From the NCBI GenBank assembly GCA_963666215.2, contig CAXWPL010000003.1:128001-192000 (forward strand): a DNA stretch of 64,000 nt. The letters are read 5' to 3'. Below are positions 10,537-19,483 of this stretch, one piece after another (position 1 is the first letter of the stretch; every line of letters starts with the position of its first letter). Position numbers and translations under genes: made by a program. The notes under the pieces were generated by a model. It did not search any database. It was not told the DNA's origin and worked only from the letters and a program-made list of their open reading frames with translations. Source of the stretch: Acidobacteriota bacterium. GTDB taxonomy: Bacteria; Acidobacteriota; UBA890; WLXD01.

Positions 10537-13500
10537 TCACTCGCTGCCGGGGCGTTCTTTCTGCGAAACGGGGACCAACGGCTTCTCTCTTGTCTCTTCG
10601 CCGCTCGACGACCCGTCGCCCGCGTCACCGGCTTTGTCGGCGGCCCGCGCTTTCTGGGCCTCGTCGACCTGTTCGGCGATGGCGCGCGCCCGCGCCTTCA
10701 GATGGTCCTCGACCTCCAGATACGGCACTCCCTCTTGCAGCCACCCGGGCATGCCGAGGTCGCGCAGGTGGTGGTCGAAGTACTCGCGCATCCGAACCGT
10801 GTAGTCCTTGCGGTTCGACGGCTTGCGCAGGCCGTGGTTTTCACCAACGTACTGCAGCATGACGACGTCCTTGTCGAGACGGCGCAGGGTGTTGTAGTAC
10901 TCCACGCCCTGAGTGAAATCGACGGCGCCGTCCTTATCGTTGTGCAGCAGCATGAGGGGCGAGGTGACGTTCTTGGCGTGGTACACGGGCGAGTTGCGCA
11001 CGTAGGCCTCGGGAACCTCCCACGGGCCACCGGTGAAGCGGCCCTGACTGCTCTCGAAGATGGCGCCGTTGCCACCGCCGCTGTTCTTGTAGATCAAGCT
11101 GTACATGCTGATCATGTTGGTGAGCGGCGCGCCGGCGATCGCGGCACGGAAGCGATCGGTTTGGGTGACCAAGAACGACGTCTGGTAGCCGCCCCACGAA
11201 TGCCCGTGCAGCCCCACCGCCGCGGCGTCCACGATGCCGGTCGCAACAGCCGCGTCGAGCGCCGGTAGCACACACCACACGGCCGACATCCCCGGATCAT
11301 CCACCTGATAGACGATGTCGGGCATGAACACCGCGTAGCCGTTGCTGGTGTAGACCGACTTGTTGAAGCCGCCGGCCGTAGGCGCCGCGTAGCGGTTGAG
11401 ACCCTGCGACAGCTTCTCGTAGATGTAGACCACGGTCGGATAGGCCTTGCCTGGCTCGTAGTCCGCCGGTAAGAACAGCGCGCCCTGCAGCTTGTCGCCC
11501 TTGGCGCTGGTGTAGTCGACCAGGCGGGTCCCAGCCGACCACGCGAAATCCGCCTGCTGCGAGTTGGCGTCGGTGAGTCGACGACCATCGGCGAGGCTGG
11601 CGTCGGCCACATAGAGGTCAGGAAAGTCCTCATGTGTCTGACGACTGAAGAGGAAGCGGTCGGCACTCTCCGCTTTCAGGAGATTACCGAACGCGGCATC
11701 GTCCCAGAGCAACGTTTCGGTGGCGCTTCGTGTGGCGTCGACACGCGCGATGCCGCCCTTCTTGGTCCACTCGCCGTACGCCGTCACGTACAGCGGCGCT
11801 GACAGATCGATGCCCTCGCTGGCGCGACGGTCGGGGTCGAGTCGGAACGGCCGGCCATAGCGGATCTGCTGCTCGCGGCCGTTGGCTGTCAGGTTAACAC
11901 CCTCACCGCCTTCCGCCGGGATCTTCCAGATGTCCCAACCGTCCGACAGCAACAACTCCTGGCCGTCGGCGCTCCAGCCGAGGCCGAACGGGTTGATCGG
12001 AGGCATCACGACGTTGTGGTCGTCGTCCTCGTTCCAGAACTTCACCGGCAGGCCAGCGGTGACGTTGTGCGACGTGCCGCTGGTCATGTCGTAGGTGTGG
12101 AAGTCGCCGTCGCGGAAGTACAGGAAGTGAGTACCGGAGGGTGAAGGCTGGAATAACCAGCGCACCTGCTCGAGAGCCAGCGCCCGCTCACCGGTGCGCA
12201 TGTCGACCACCCACACGTCGTCGTAGCGACGCCCGTCGAGGTTGCCGACGCGCTCATACTCGTCGTTGTCTCGCGCGATTCCGAAGCGCTGCTTCGGCGC
12301 CGGGTCGACGTTGCGAACTTCGTCGTCAGCGAGGCGCAGGAAGCTCTCCTCGGCGACGCGATACACGCTCAGGTAACCGAAAGCCCGATCGCGCTCTTGC
12401 TGCACCTGCTGCCGCGACTGAAGGCGCCTGTCGCGCCAGTGCCAGATGACGAGGTCGGCTGGATCGAGATCCTCGTCCGCGATCCGGCCAGCGTCCGCAG
12501 GCCCGCCTTTCCCTGGCGAGTCGCCGCGTTGGGGACGCTCGACGTCTTGTCCTTCGTGGCCGTCGCCGTCGTCACTGCCGATCAAGGTGTTGTTCGCCTT
12601 GTTCTCCGGGTCGGCCTTCGCCTCCTCGGTGAGCTCGGCCTCGTCGATCCGAAAAAGCAAGGCGTCGCGATCGTCGCTCCATGACGGGGCGTGGTTCGGG
12701 TTGATGGTCATACCAGCGGGGAGGGTGTCGGCCCAGCGCTCGTCGTGAGGGTCGAAGACGGTCAGCGCCGGTTGGGCTGCACCTGACTGAAGCACCCGAT
12801 CCAGCTGTTGAACACCGAGCACGGAGACCAGATCTTCCTCGTGCCGGTCGCTCTCGGTGCCACGCAAGACGGCGAGCGCGTCACCTTCCTCGGTCCAGCT
12901 GATGTGCCTGTAAATCGCCTCGGCCGAGTCAATCGGCAGAACTCGCCCCGATGACAGATGGCGCAGCTGCAGCCCGTTGCCGGCGCGGCCGCGCGTGTCG
13001 AGCGCCACCGCCAGCCACTCACCGGCGTCGTTGAAGGCGTATTCGGAAACGTTGCCGACGCTCATCGTTGTGCCGTCCGCGAGGCGCCTCAGGTGCAGGT
13101 CGGAGCCGCTCCACTTGTCGGCCTCCTTCTGCTGGCTCTCCGGAACCGCCCGGTGGACCGCGAGCCACTCGTCGCCGTTGCGGTGTCCCGATAAGGCGAA
13201 GGGGCGCGCTGGAGAGCCCGAGCCTTCGGAGGCGCGGACTTGTTCGATTTCGGTCATCTCGCCAGTGCTCAGGTCGACGAGGCCAACCGTGTCGTACAGC
13301 TTGGCCTTCGACTTGCGGGCCTGCTTGGCCGCGGCCCGGTTGGGCTTGATGGTCAGTGCCAGCCACTTCGAGTCGGCGGAGAACGCCAGGCGAGCGCTAG
13401 CGAAGCCCTGCATCTCACCGGCCGCGAAACGGTACTCGGTGTCGACGCTGGTGGCGCGGACGACAACTTCGGAGTCGCCCTCGGTGGGGCTCAGTACATA

Positions 13501-13710
13501 GGCGAGCCAGGCGCCATCATCGGACAGCGCACGAGAACCGATGCGCTTCCAATCGAGGATGTCCGGAAGCTCGATCGGGCGCTTGTCTTGCGCCACGGAG
13601 ATGGGTGTTGCTCGCGACAGCAAGGGCACCGACGCGGCGGACACCACGGAGCTCGCCGATGCCAGCAGCAGCGCTAAGAGGAGGGCGGTCACGGGTAATG
13701 GACGCTTCAT
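10537..13710 (-). CDS. S9 family prolyl oligopeptidase / acylaminoacyl peptidase, secreted
   Basis: Signal peptide MKRPLPVTALLLALL; nucleophile GHSWGG; DGAVD and ENHG complete the Ser-Asp-His triad. Confidence 0.92.
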   Translation of the reverse strand: MKRPLPVTALLLALLLASASSVVSAASVPLLSRATPISVAQDKRPIELPDILDWKRIGSRALSDDGAWLAYVLSPTEGDSEVVVRATSVDTEYRFAAGEMQGFASARLAFSADSKWLALTIKPNRAAAKQARKSKAKLYDTVGLVDLSTGEMTEIEQVRASEGSGSPARPFALSGHRNGDEWLAVHRAVPESQQKEADKWSGSDLHLRRLADGTTMSVGNVSEYAFNDAGEWLAVALDTRGRAGNGLQLRHLSSGRVLPIDSAEAIYRHISWTEEGDALAVLRGTESDRHEEDLVSVLGVQQLDRVLQSGAAQPALTVFDPHDERWADTLPAGMTINPNHAPSWSDDRDALLFRIDEAELTEEAKADPENKANNTLIGSDDGDGHEGQDVERPQRGDSPGKGGPADAGRIADEDLDPADLVIWHWRDRRLQSRQQVQQERDRAFGYLSVYRVAEESFLRLADDEVRNVDPAPKQRFGIARDNDEYERVGNLDGRRYDDVWVVDMRTGERALALEQVRWLFQPSPSGTHFLYFRDGDFHTYDMTSGTSHNVTAGLPVKFWNEDDDHNVVMPPINPFGLGWSADGQELLLSDGWDIWKIPAEGGEGVNLTANGREQQIRYGRPFRLDPDRRASEGIDLSAPLYVTAYGEWTKKGGIARVDATRSATETLLWDDAAFGNLLKAESADRFLFSRQTHEDFPDLYVADASLADGRRLTDANSQQADFAWSAGTRLVDYTSAKGDKLQGALFLPADYEPGKAYPTVVYIYEKLSQGLNRYAAPTAGGFNKSVYTSNGYAVFMPDIVYQVDDPGMSAVWCVLPALDAAVATGIVDAAAVGLHGHSWGGYQTSFLVTQTDRFRAAIAGAPLTNMISMYSLIYKNSGGGNGAIFESSQGRFTGGPWEVPEAYVRNSPVYHAKNVTSPLMLLHNDKDGAVDFTQGVEYYNTLRRLDKDVVMLQYVGENHGLRKPSNRKDYTVRMREYFDHHLRDLGMPGWLQEGVPYLEVEDHLKARARAIAEQVDEAQKARAADKAGDAGDGSSSGEETREKPLVPVSQKERPGSE

Positions 13711-13796
13711 GGCGGGTTCCTCGAGTTCGATCGTTTGTAGCGGGCTCCACGAGCCCGGGGCTCCAACTCTGGCGTGGCGGGCGGCGTACGTCGGTC

Positions 13797-14495
13797 CTAC
13801 CCCGTCATTTTCAAGCTCTCGACGGCAAGCAGCTCTTCGGGCACCTGGGGTCGCGGCGGCCGCTCGGCGGCGTGGGCTGCCGCGTAGCAGGCCCGAGCGC
13901 GCTCCTCGATAGCATCGAAGCGGTCGTTGGCAAGATCTTCCGCGGTGAACAAGCTGGCGACAAAGCCAACGCCGTAGACGCCAGCGGCAAACCAGTCGGC
14001 AACATTGTCGGCATCGACTCCCGAAGTCGGTACGACGCGCAGCATGGGTAGCGGCCCCATCAGCATGCGCACGTAGGCCGACCCTATTCCCGGCGTCGGG
14101 AACAGCTTCTGCAGCTGGGCACCGGCCCGATAGGCGGTGTACATCTCGGTCGCTGTGAAACCACCGGGCATGGCCACCACACCAGCGCTCCGGCAAGCGT
14201 CAATCACCCGCTCGTCGGTTGCCGGCGAAACGATGAAGCGGCCGCCCGCGGCGACGACCTTCTCGACCTGATCGGCGTGGAGAACGGTCCCTGCCCCCAC
14301 CACTACACCGTCGCGGCTGGAGAACTCCTCGATGAGCTCGTACACCCCCGGAACACTGAGAGTGAACTCGAGAATCCTGAAACCTCCGCGGGCGGCGGCG
14401 TCCATGGCGTCGGCGGCGCGCCGCTGCGGCTGCGTGCGCAGGATCGCCGAGGCGCGCTCCGTCCACAGAAATTCGAGAAATTCGTCGGGTTTCAT
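13797..14495 (-). CDS. eda: KDPG/KHG aldolase family
   Basis: LEFTL, VGAGTVL, GGRFIVSP, KLFP and VPTSGV motifs. Confidence 0.85.
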   Translation of the reverse strand: MKPDEFLEFLWTERASAILRTQPQRRAADAMDAAARGGFRILEFTLSVPGVYELIEEFSSRDGVVVGAGTVLHADQVEKVVAAGGRFIVSPATDERVIDACRSAGVVAMPGGFTATEMYTAYRAGAQLQKLFPTPGIGSAYVRMLMGPLPMLRVVPTSGVDADNVADWFAAGVYGVGFVASLFTAEDLANDRFDAIEERARACYAAAHAAERPPRPQVPEELLAVESLKMTG

Positions 14496-14719
14496 GTTGC
14501 CTCGCAAAGTGTTTGAAGATCGAGTGAATGGCAAAATGGCCGTCGCGACGGACGCCCTCCTTGAAGCACGTCGGCAGCAGGTTATTTCGGGGTCTCGAGA
14601 GCCACAACCGATCCTACCGAGGTAGCGACGTTGAGCCTGGCACCCGGATGCGATTGACTTGCGCTGGATCCACCGCACCGCTGCCGACGAAAACTCCCCA
14701 TCTCGCGACGAGGCTCACC

Positions 14720-15517
14720 ATGAAAGAGAAACTTCTATCAACACGGAGCGCCGCATGGACGCTCGCGGCGACATGCCTGCTGGCCGCATTCGCTTTACCG
14801 AACGCCGTGGTGTCGGCGTTTGCGAGCTCGGCAGCTTTCGCGCCGGCGACCGTGGCGCTCGACGCCGCCGACGTGTTGGCGCGGAGCATCGCATACCACG
14901 ACCCCGAGGGGCGCTGGGCTCACAGCTCGTGGCGCCTGCAGCTGCGCTCCACACGGCCCATCGCCGGTCCAACCGAGACCTCGATCGTCATCGACAACGT
15001 CGCCGGCCGCTTCCATATGGAGCGCGACCGTTTTGGCAACGTCACCGAAACCACGGTCACCGGCGACGAATGCTGGACCCGCCTGAACGGCTCTTCCGAG
15101 ATCACCGAAGAGCAGACACGGCGCTTCAGCCTCGATTGCGAAGCAATGAAACGCATGCGCAACTACCACATCTTTCTGTACGGCCTGCCGATGAAGCTCA
15201 CCGATCCGGGCACCCGCCTCGATCCGGAGGCGCGCGAGACATCGTTCCAGGATCAGGACGTGCTCGCCCTCAAGGTCACGTACGACGAGGAGGTCGGAAC
15301 GGACATCTGGGACTTCTACTTCGACCCGTCCACCTACGCGCTGGTCGGCTACGGCTTCGTGCAAACCGATGGCGACAAGGAGTACGTCGTGCTGGTACGC
15401 GAAGCCCAGGGCGACGGCGTACGGCTGCCGAAGGTCCGTACCTGGTTCGACGTCAACGCCGACGACCGCCTGCTCGGCACCGACACGATCGTTTCCATCG
15501 AGCGCATCAGCCGTTGA
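14720..15517 (+). CDS. Exported protein, DUF6503-like
   Basis: Signal peptide; SIAYHDPEGRW, RNYHIFLYGLPMKLTDPG, VTYDEEVGTDIWDFYFDP. Confidence 0.65.
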   Translation: MKEKLLSTRSAAWTLAATCLLAAFALPNAVVSAFASSAAFAPATVALDAADVLARSIAYHDPEGRWAHSSWRLQLRSTRPIAGPTETSIVIDNVAGRFHMERDRFGNVTETTVTGDECWTRLNGSSEITEEQTRRFSLDCEAMKRMRNYHIFLYGLPMKLTDPGTRLDPEARETSFQDQDVLALKVTYDEEVGTDIWDFYFDPSTYALVGYGFVQTDGDKEYVVLVREAQGDGVRLPKVRTWFDVNADDRLLGTDTIVSIERISR

Positions 15518-16737
15518 GCTCGGAGGCCGCCGACAACCCGCCCGACCTGGCCCCCTGCATCGACTTCCTGCAGCGGCTGATCCGTACACCGGGCTTGCCC
15601 GGTGAGGAGGGCGCAACCGCCGAGCTGATGCGAGCCGAGATGGAGAAGCTCGGCTATGACGAGGTGAGCGTCGACGAGGTCGGCAACGTCGTCGGTCGGA
15701 TTCGCGGCACCGATCCCGGCAGCGCTCCGGAGGTGATGTTCAACACCCACCTCGACCATGTTGACGTGGGCGATCACGCAGCGTGGCCGCACCCTCCGTT
15801 TGGCGGCGAGATCCACGACAACCACGTTTGCGGTCGCGGAGCCGTTGACATCAAGGGACCGCTGGCGGCTCAGGTGTACGGCGTCGCGAGGATCTTGAAA
15901 GAGGCCTCGCGACCGGCCGCCGACGTGCTCGTCACGGCGGTCGTCCAGGAGGAAATCGGCGGCATCGGCGCTCGCTACCTCATGGAAAACATGCGTCCGC
16001 CGCTGGTGGTCGTGGGCGAGCCGAGCAGCAACAGCTTGCGCCGCGGTCACCGCGGACGCTCCGAGCTCACCGTGAGGGTCTTCGGAAAGAGCGTCCATGC
16101 CAGTGTGCCGGAAGAGGGGGTGAGCCCCTACGATGTTATCGGGCCCTTTCTGACTCGCCTTGGCGAGCTCGACATGCCCTATCAAGAGGACCTGGGACAC
16201 AGCAGCGTCGCTCCTACACTGGTGAGTAGCGACCAGACGAGTAGCAACGTGATTCCTTCACAGATCGATCTCGTGCTCGACTGGCGTCATGTGCCGGGCG
16301 AGAGCGGTGAGGATGCGCGCGCCAAGGCCCAGGCGCTCGCTGAAGACTGCCTGGTGGCGGGTGCTCGCGTCGAGGTCCTGCTCCCGACCTACCGCCGAGT
16401 TACCTACACCGGCCGCACGCAGGAACTCCACGGCAACAACCCGGCCTACATCCTGCCGATCGACCACCCCGCCGTTGCTGCCGCCTGCACGATTCTGCAG
16501 CCGGTGATCGGCACCACCGCTCCGGCCGACGTGGGCACCTGGCGCTTCGCGACCGACGGGGGTCATTTCGCCGCCGCTGGGTGCGCCTGCATCGGGTTTG
16601 GTCCCGGCGACGAGCTGCTCGCCCACACGATCAAGGAATCGATCCCGATCAGCGCGCTTGAAACCGCGCTCGATGGCAACCATCTGCTGGCGCGCGATCT
16701 CGCGGCAAGCGTAGCCACGTCGATGCCCAGAGCGTGA
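15514..16737 (+). CDS. M20/M25/M40 metallohydrolase (ArgE/DapE family, YgeY-like)
   Basis: HLDHV, GRGAVDIKG, VQEE, GEP and GFGPG..LAH metal-ligand motifs; TTG start overlaps the upstream TGA. Confidence 0.85.
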   Translation: MSSEAADNPPDLAPCIDFLQRLIRTPGLPGEEGATAELMRAEMEKLGYDEVSVDEVGNVVGRIRGTDPGSAPEVMFNTHLDHVDVGDHAAWPHPPFGGEIHDNHVCGRGAVDIKGPLAAQVYGVARILKEASRPAADVLVTAVVQEEIGGIGARYLMENMRPPLVVVGEPSSNSLRRGHRGRSELTVRVFGKSVHASVPEEGVSPYDVIGPFLTRLGELDMPYQEDLGHSSVAPTLVSSDQTSSNVIPSQIDLVLDWRHVPGESGEDARAKAQALAEDCLVAGARVEVLLPTYRRVTYTGRTQELHGNNPAYILPIDHPAVAAACTILQPVIGTTAPADVGTWRFATDGGHFAAAGCACIGFGPGDELLAHTIKESIPISALETALDGNHLLARDLAASVATSMPRA

Positions 16738-16749
16738 GGATCTGACGAC

Positions 16750-16965
16750 GTGCGGACGCCGATCGTCGCCGCCCTCACTGGTTGGGCGGGCCGCCTGCGA
16801 TATCCCTATCTCTTCGCTCTGACGGCCGGGCTGTTCGTACTGGACCTGCTCATCCCCGACATGATCCCGCTAGCCGACGAGATCCTGTTGGGTTTGGCCG
16901 CTGTGCTTCTGGGCTCGCGCCAGGATCGCTCAGGACAGCCTGGACCACCCCGAGCCGATCCCTAG
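16750..16965 (+). CDS. Small membrane protein (DUF6116-like)
   Basis: RLRYPYLFALTAGLFVLDLLIPDMIPLADEILLGL. Confidence 0.7.
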   Translation: MRTPIVAALTGWAGRLRYPYLFALTAGLFVLDLLIPDMIPLADEILLGLAAVLLGSRQDRSGQPGPPRADP

Positions 16966-17070
16966 GTGTGTTTTCTGGGCAGGTTGTTCACGACCTGACA
17001 CCTGGAAGTCGATCGGTGTTGTGATGCCGATGCCGGCAGGGTGGAGGGGTCCGAGGGGCAGCGGGTCTCG

Positions 17071-18546
17071 CTAGGTGACAACGAAGTCGCGCACGTGCTC
17101 CTCGGCCATCGGCTTCGTCGCCAGAGAAACGAAGACAAGGACGACCAGATTGGCGACGAGCCCGAAGATCCCGGGCTGGATTCCCTGCCACTGCAGGCTC
17201 GGAACACGGTCGAACAGCACGACAACCGCCACTCCCGTCAGCAGGCCGGCGATCACGCCTGGGGCCGTGGCGCGAGCCCAGAAGAAGGTAGCGAGCAACA
17301 CCGGCGCAATCTGAACAAGAAAGCCGTACGACAGCAACAGGAGCAAGACGATCGACATCTCCGAGACGACGGCGAAGTAGTAGGCCACCGCGGCGATGAG
17401 GATGACGACGATACGGATCAGCTGTGTTTCCTGAGCGTCGGTCAGGCTCGGACGGAACAGCGCGCGATAGAAGTCGCGGATCATGATCGAGCCCGCCGCG
17501 TGAACGATGGCGTCGCCGGTCGACATCGAGGCGGCGAGCGCGCCGGCGCAGAACAGCCCAACAACGAAGGCCGGCAGCTGCATCGACATCAGAATCGTCG
17601 GCAGAATGGCGTCGGCCGGCGTCACGCCAGGATGCGCCAGTATCCCGGCAAAGCCAATGAACATGATCGGAATCAGGAAGATCTGGAAGGTCGGGTAGAA
17701 GACGATCGTCTTCTTGAGGACCGCCTCACTGCGGGCCGTGTAGATCTTCATGAAGTAGTGAGGCCACAGCGAGAATCCGATCGCCGAGACCGCGATGGCG
17801 CTCGAGTAGCCACCCCAGGTCCACGGGTTTCCCGCGGCATCGAGACCCGGCGCGGCCAGCATTTCCGTCGCCCGTGGGGCTCTTTCCAGAATCGCCTCGA
17901 ACATCGCGCCCACGCCGCCGTACAGCCGCCACGGCAAGTAGAGACCGAGCCCCCAGGCGAGCACCATCATGAAGACGCCCTGGAAGGTGTTGGTCCAGCC
18001 GACGCCCATCACACCGCTGCCGTAGACGTAGATGAGAACCACGCCATAGGCGATCGCCGCACCGAGCCAGGCCGGCACGCGTCCTTCGGTGACAACCTCG
18101 AAGACGTAGCCGGCGCCCTGCATCTGCAGAGTCAGATAGGGCAGGAAGGCGAGCAGGCTGATCAGCGCCAGGATCGCCGACAGCCACCGGCTTTGGAAGC
18201 GATCGGCGAACAGCTCCGCCTGGGTCACGTATCCGCGTTGACGACCGAGTCGCGCCACACGCGGACCGAAAAAGTACCAGGGAATCAGCCCCACCGTCCC
18301 ATACGACAGGATGTAGAACGCAGCGGCGCCGCGTGAGTAGGCCCATCCCGGGCCACCCAAGAAAGCGAAGGCAGAGAAGATCGACGCCCCCATGATGAAG
18401 TACATCACCAGGAAGCCGAGCGACCGATCGCCAGCCACGTATCCTTCGGTTGTCTTCGAAGAGCCGCGGCCCGACGCCAAGCCCACCGCGAGTGACAGCA
18501 GCAGATAGCCCATCGTCACGGCGGAAACTACGACCCAGCTCTCCAT
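17071..18546 (-). CDS. Sodium:solute symporter family protein
   Basis: YVAGDRSLG, SAFAFLGGPG, AALAASMST-like motif, many TM helices. Confidence 0.92.
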   Translation of the reverse strand: MESWVVVSAVTMGYLLLSLAVGLASGRGSSKTTEGYVAGDRSLGFLVMYFIMGASIFSAFAFLGGPGWAYSRGAAAFYILSYGTVGLIPWYFFGPRVARLGRQRGYVTQAELFADRFQSRWLSAILALISLLAFLPYLTLQMQGAGYVFEVVTEGRVPAWLGAAIAYGVVLIYVYGSGVMGVGWTNTFQGVFMMVLAWGLGLYLPWRLYGGVGAMFEAILERAPRATEMLAAPGLDAAGNPWTWGGYSSAIAVSAIGFSLWPHYFMKIYTARSEAVLKKTIVFYPTFQIFLIPIMFIGFAGILAHPGVTPADAILPTILMSMQLPAFVVGLFCAGALAASMSTGDAIVHAAGSIMIRDFYRALFRPSLTDAQETQLIRIVVILIAAVAYYFAVVSEMSIVLLLLLSYGFLVQIAPVLLATFFWARATAPGVIAGLLTGVAVVVLFDRVPSLQWQGIQPGIFGLVANLVVLVFVSLATKPMAEEHVRDFVVT

Positions 18547-18815
18547 CAGCGTTCGTCGGCTCCGGCGATGACGCCGCTGCGCAGCTCCCAAACGAACAGA
18601 GCCAAGGCAACGCCGAAAGAAACCACGACCAGTGCCGCCAGGTAAAAGAGACCGAACGGCATGCCGAGCAACAGTGGCCGCGCGCGCGCGAACCATGGGT
18701 AGATTGGCCACATCATCGCGGCGAAGACGACCACGAAGTAAATCGTCGCCGCCGCGTAAACACGGCGCTGCGGAGCAGACAGCTTGCTCGATTGCAGGCG
18801 CGGACGAGTGTCCAC
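18546..18815 (-). CDS. Small 2-TM accessory protein of the symporter (DUF3311-like)
   Basis: GGAGG RBS then GTG; WPIYPWF..PLLLGMPFGLFY; stop overlaps the symporter start. Confidence 0.7.
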   Translation of the reverse strand: MDTRPRLQSSKLSAPQRRVYAAATIYFVVVFAAMMWPIYPWFARARPLLLGMPFGLFYLAALVVVSFGVALALFVWELRSGVIAGADER

Positions 18816-18972
18816 TCCGACCTCCGTTGTAGCAGAGTGATCTACGAAGACCGCCGAGCGCCACGAGCCCTTTGGAAGGCTCGCACCAGCGGTCGAGACG
18901 GCCGCCACAATAGCGACCTTGGCGGCCGCCCGCCAGGAGGCCCGGCTCATGTTGAGCCGCCGAATGCGTCGC

Positions 18973-19395
18973 TCAGTCTTCCAAATCGGCGGGACGACGT
19001 CGCTTTTTGGTCTGGCTGCGCTGACGCTTGGCCTCCAGCCGCCTCGACTTCGAGGCCCGCGTGGGCCGCGTCGGCTGACGTTCCCGGCTTGGTAGCAGAG
19101 CCGCGCGCATGAGCTCCACGAACCGCTCGGTGGCTCGGCGGCGATTGGCTACCTGCGAGCGTCCACTCTGCGACGTGACGCTGAGGATCCCGTCCTTGGA
19201 GATCCGCGTCCGGAGTGCCTGCCTCAGTTTCTGGCGTTGATCCTCGTCGAGGCTGGGGGAACGGTCCACGTCGAACCTGAGGGTGACGCGCGAGCTCACC
19301 TTGTTGACATGCTGCCCTCCCGGCCCGCTGCTCCGCGAGGCGCGGAACTCCAGCTCCGAGCGGCGAATCGACGTTTCGGCATTTATGATGATCAT
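18973..19395 (-). CDS. arfB: Alternative ribosome rescue peptidyl-tRNA hydrolase ArfB
   Basis: RSSGPGGQHVNKVSS, RSQVANR and a basic C-terminal tail. Confidence 0.95.
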   Translation of the reverse strand: MIIINAETSIRRSELEFRASRSSGPGGQHVNKVSSRVTLRFDVDRSPSLDEDQRQKLRQALRTRISKDGILSVTSQSGRSQVANRRRATERFVELMRAALLPSRERQPTRPTRASKSRRLEAKRQRSQTKKRRRPADLED

Positions 19396-19483
19396 TACTA
19401 GCTAACAATAACTTTTGAGATGGTTAATTGTCTTTTGAGATCTATTCTTATGTAAAATAATCTTTTACTGTCTAATTGTCACC
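19396..19483. promoter_or_regulatory. AT-rich divergent promoter region with direct repeats
   Basis: Strongly AT-rich against a GC-rich background; CTTTTGAGAT at 19412 and 19432; GTAAAA-N5-TTTTAC at 19452-19468. Confidence 0.6.

Noticed and set aside
10537-18864. Long N-terminal extensions in track ORFs (10537..14196, 14659..16737, 17071..18864)
   Set aside because: The extensions overlap neighbouring real genes; starts were reassigned using signal peptides, RBS and stop-start coupling.
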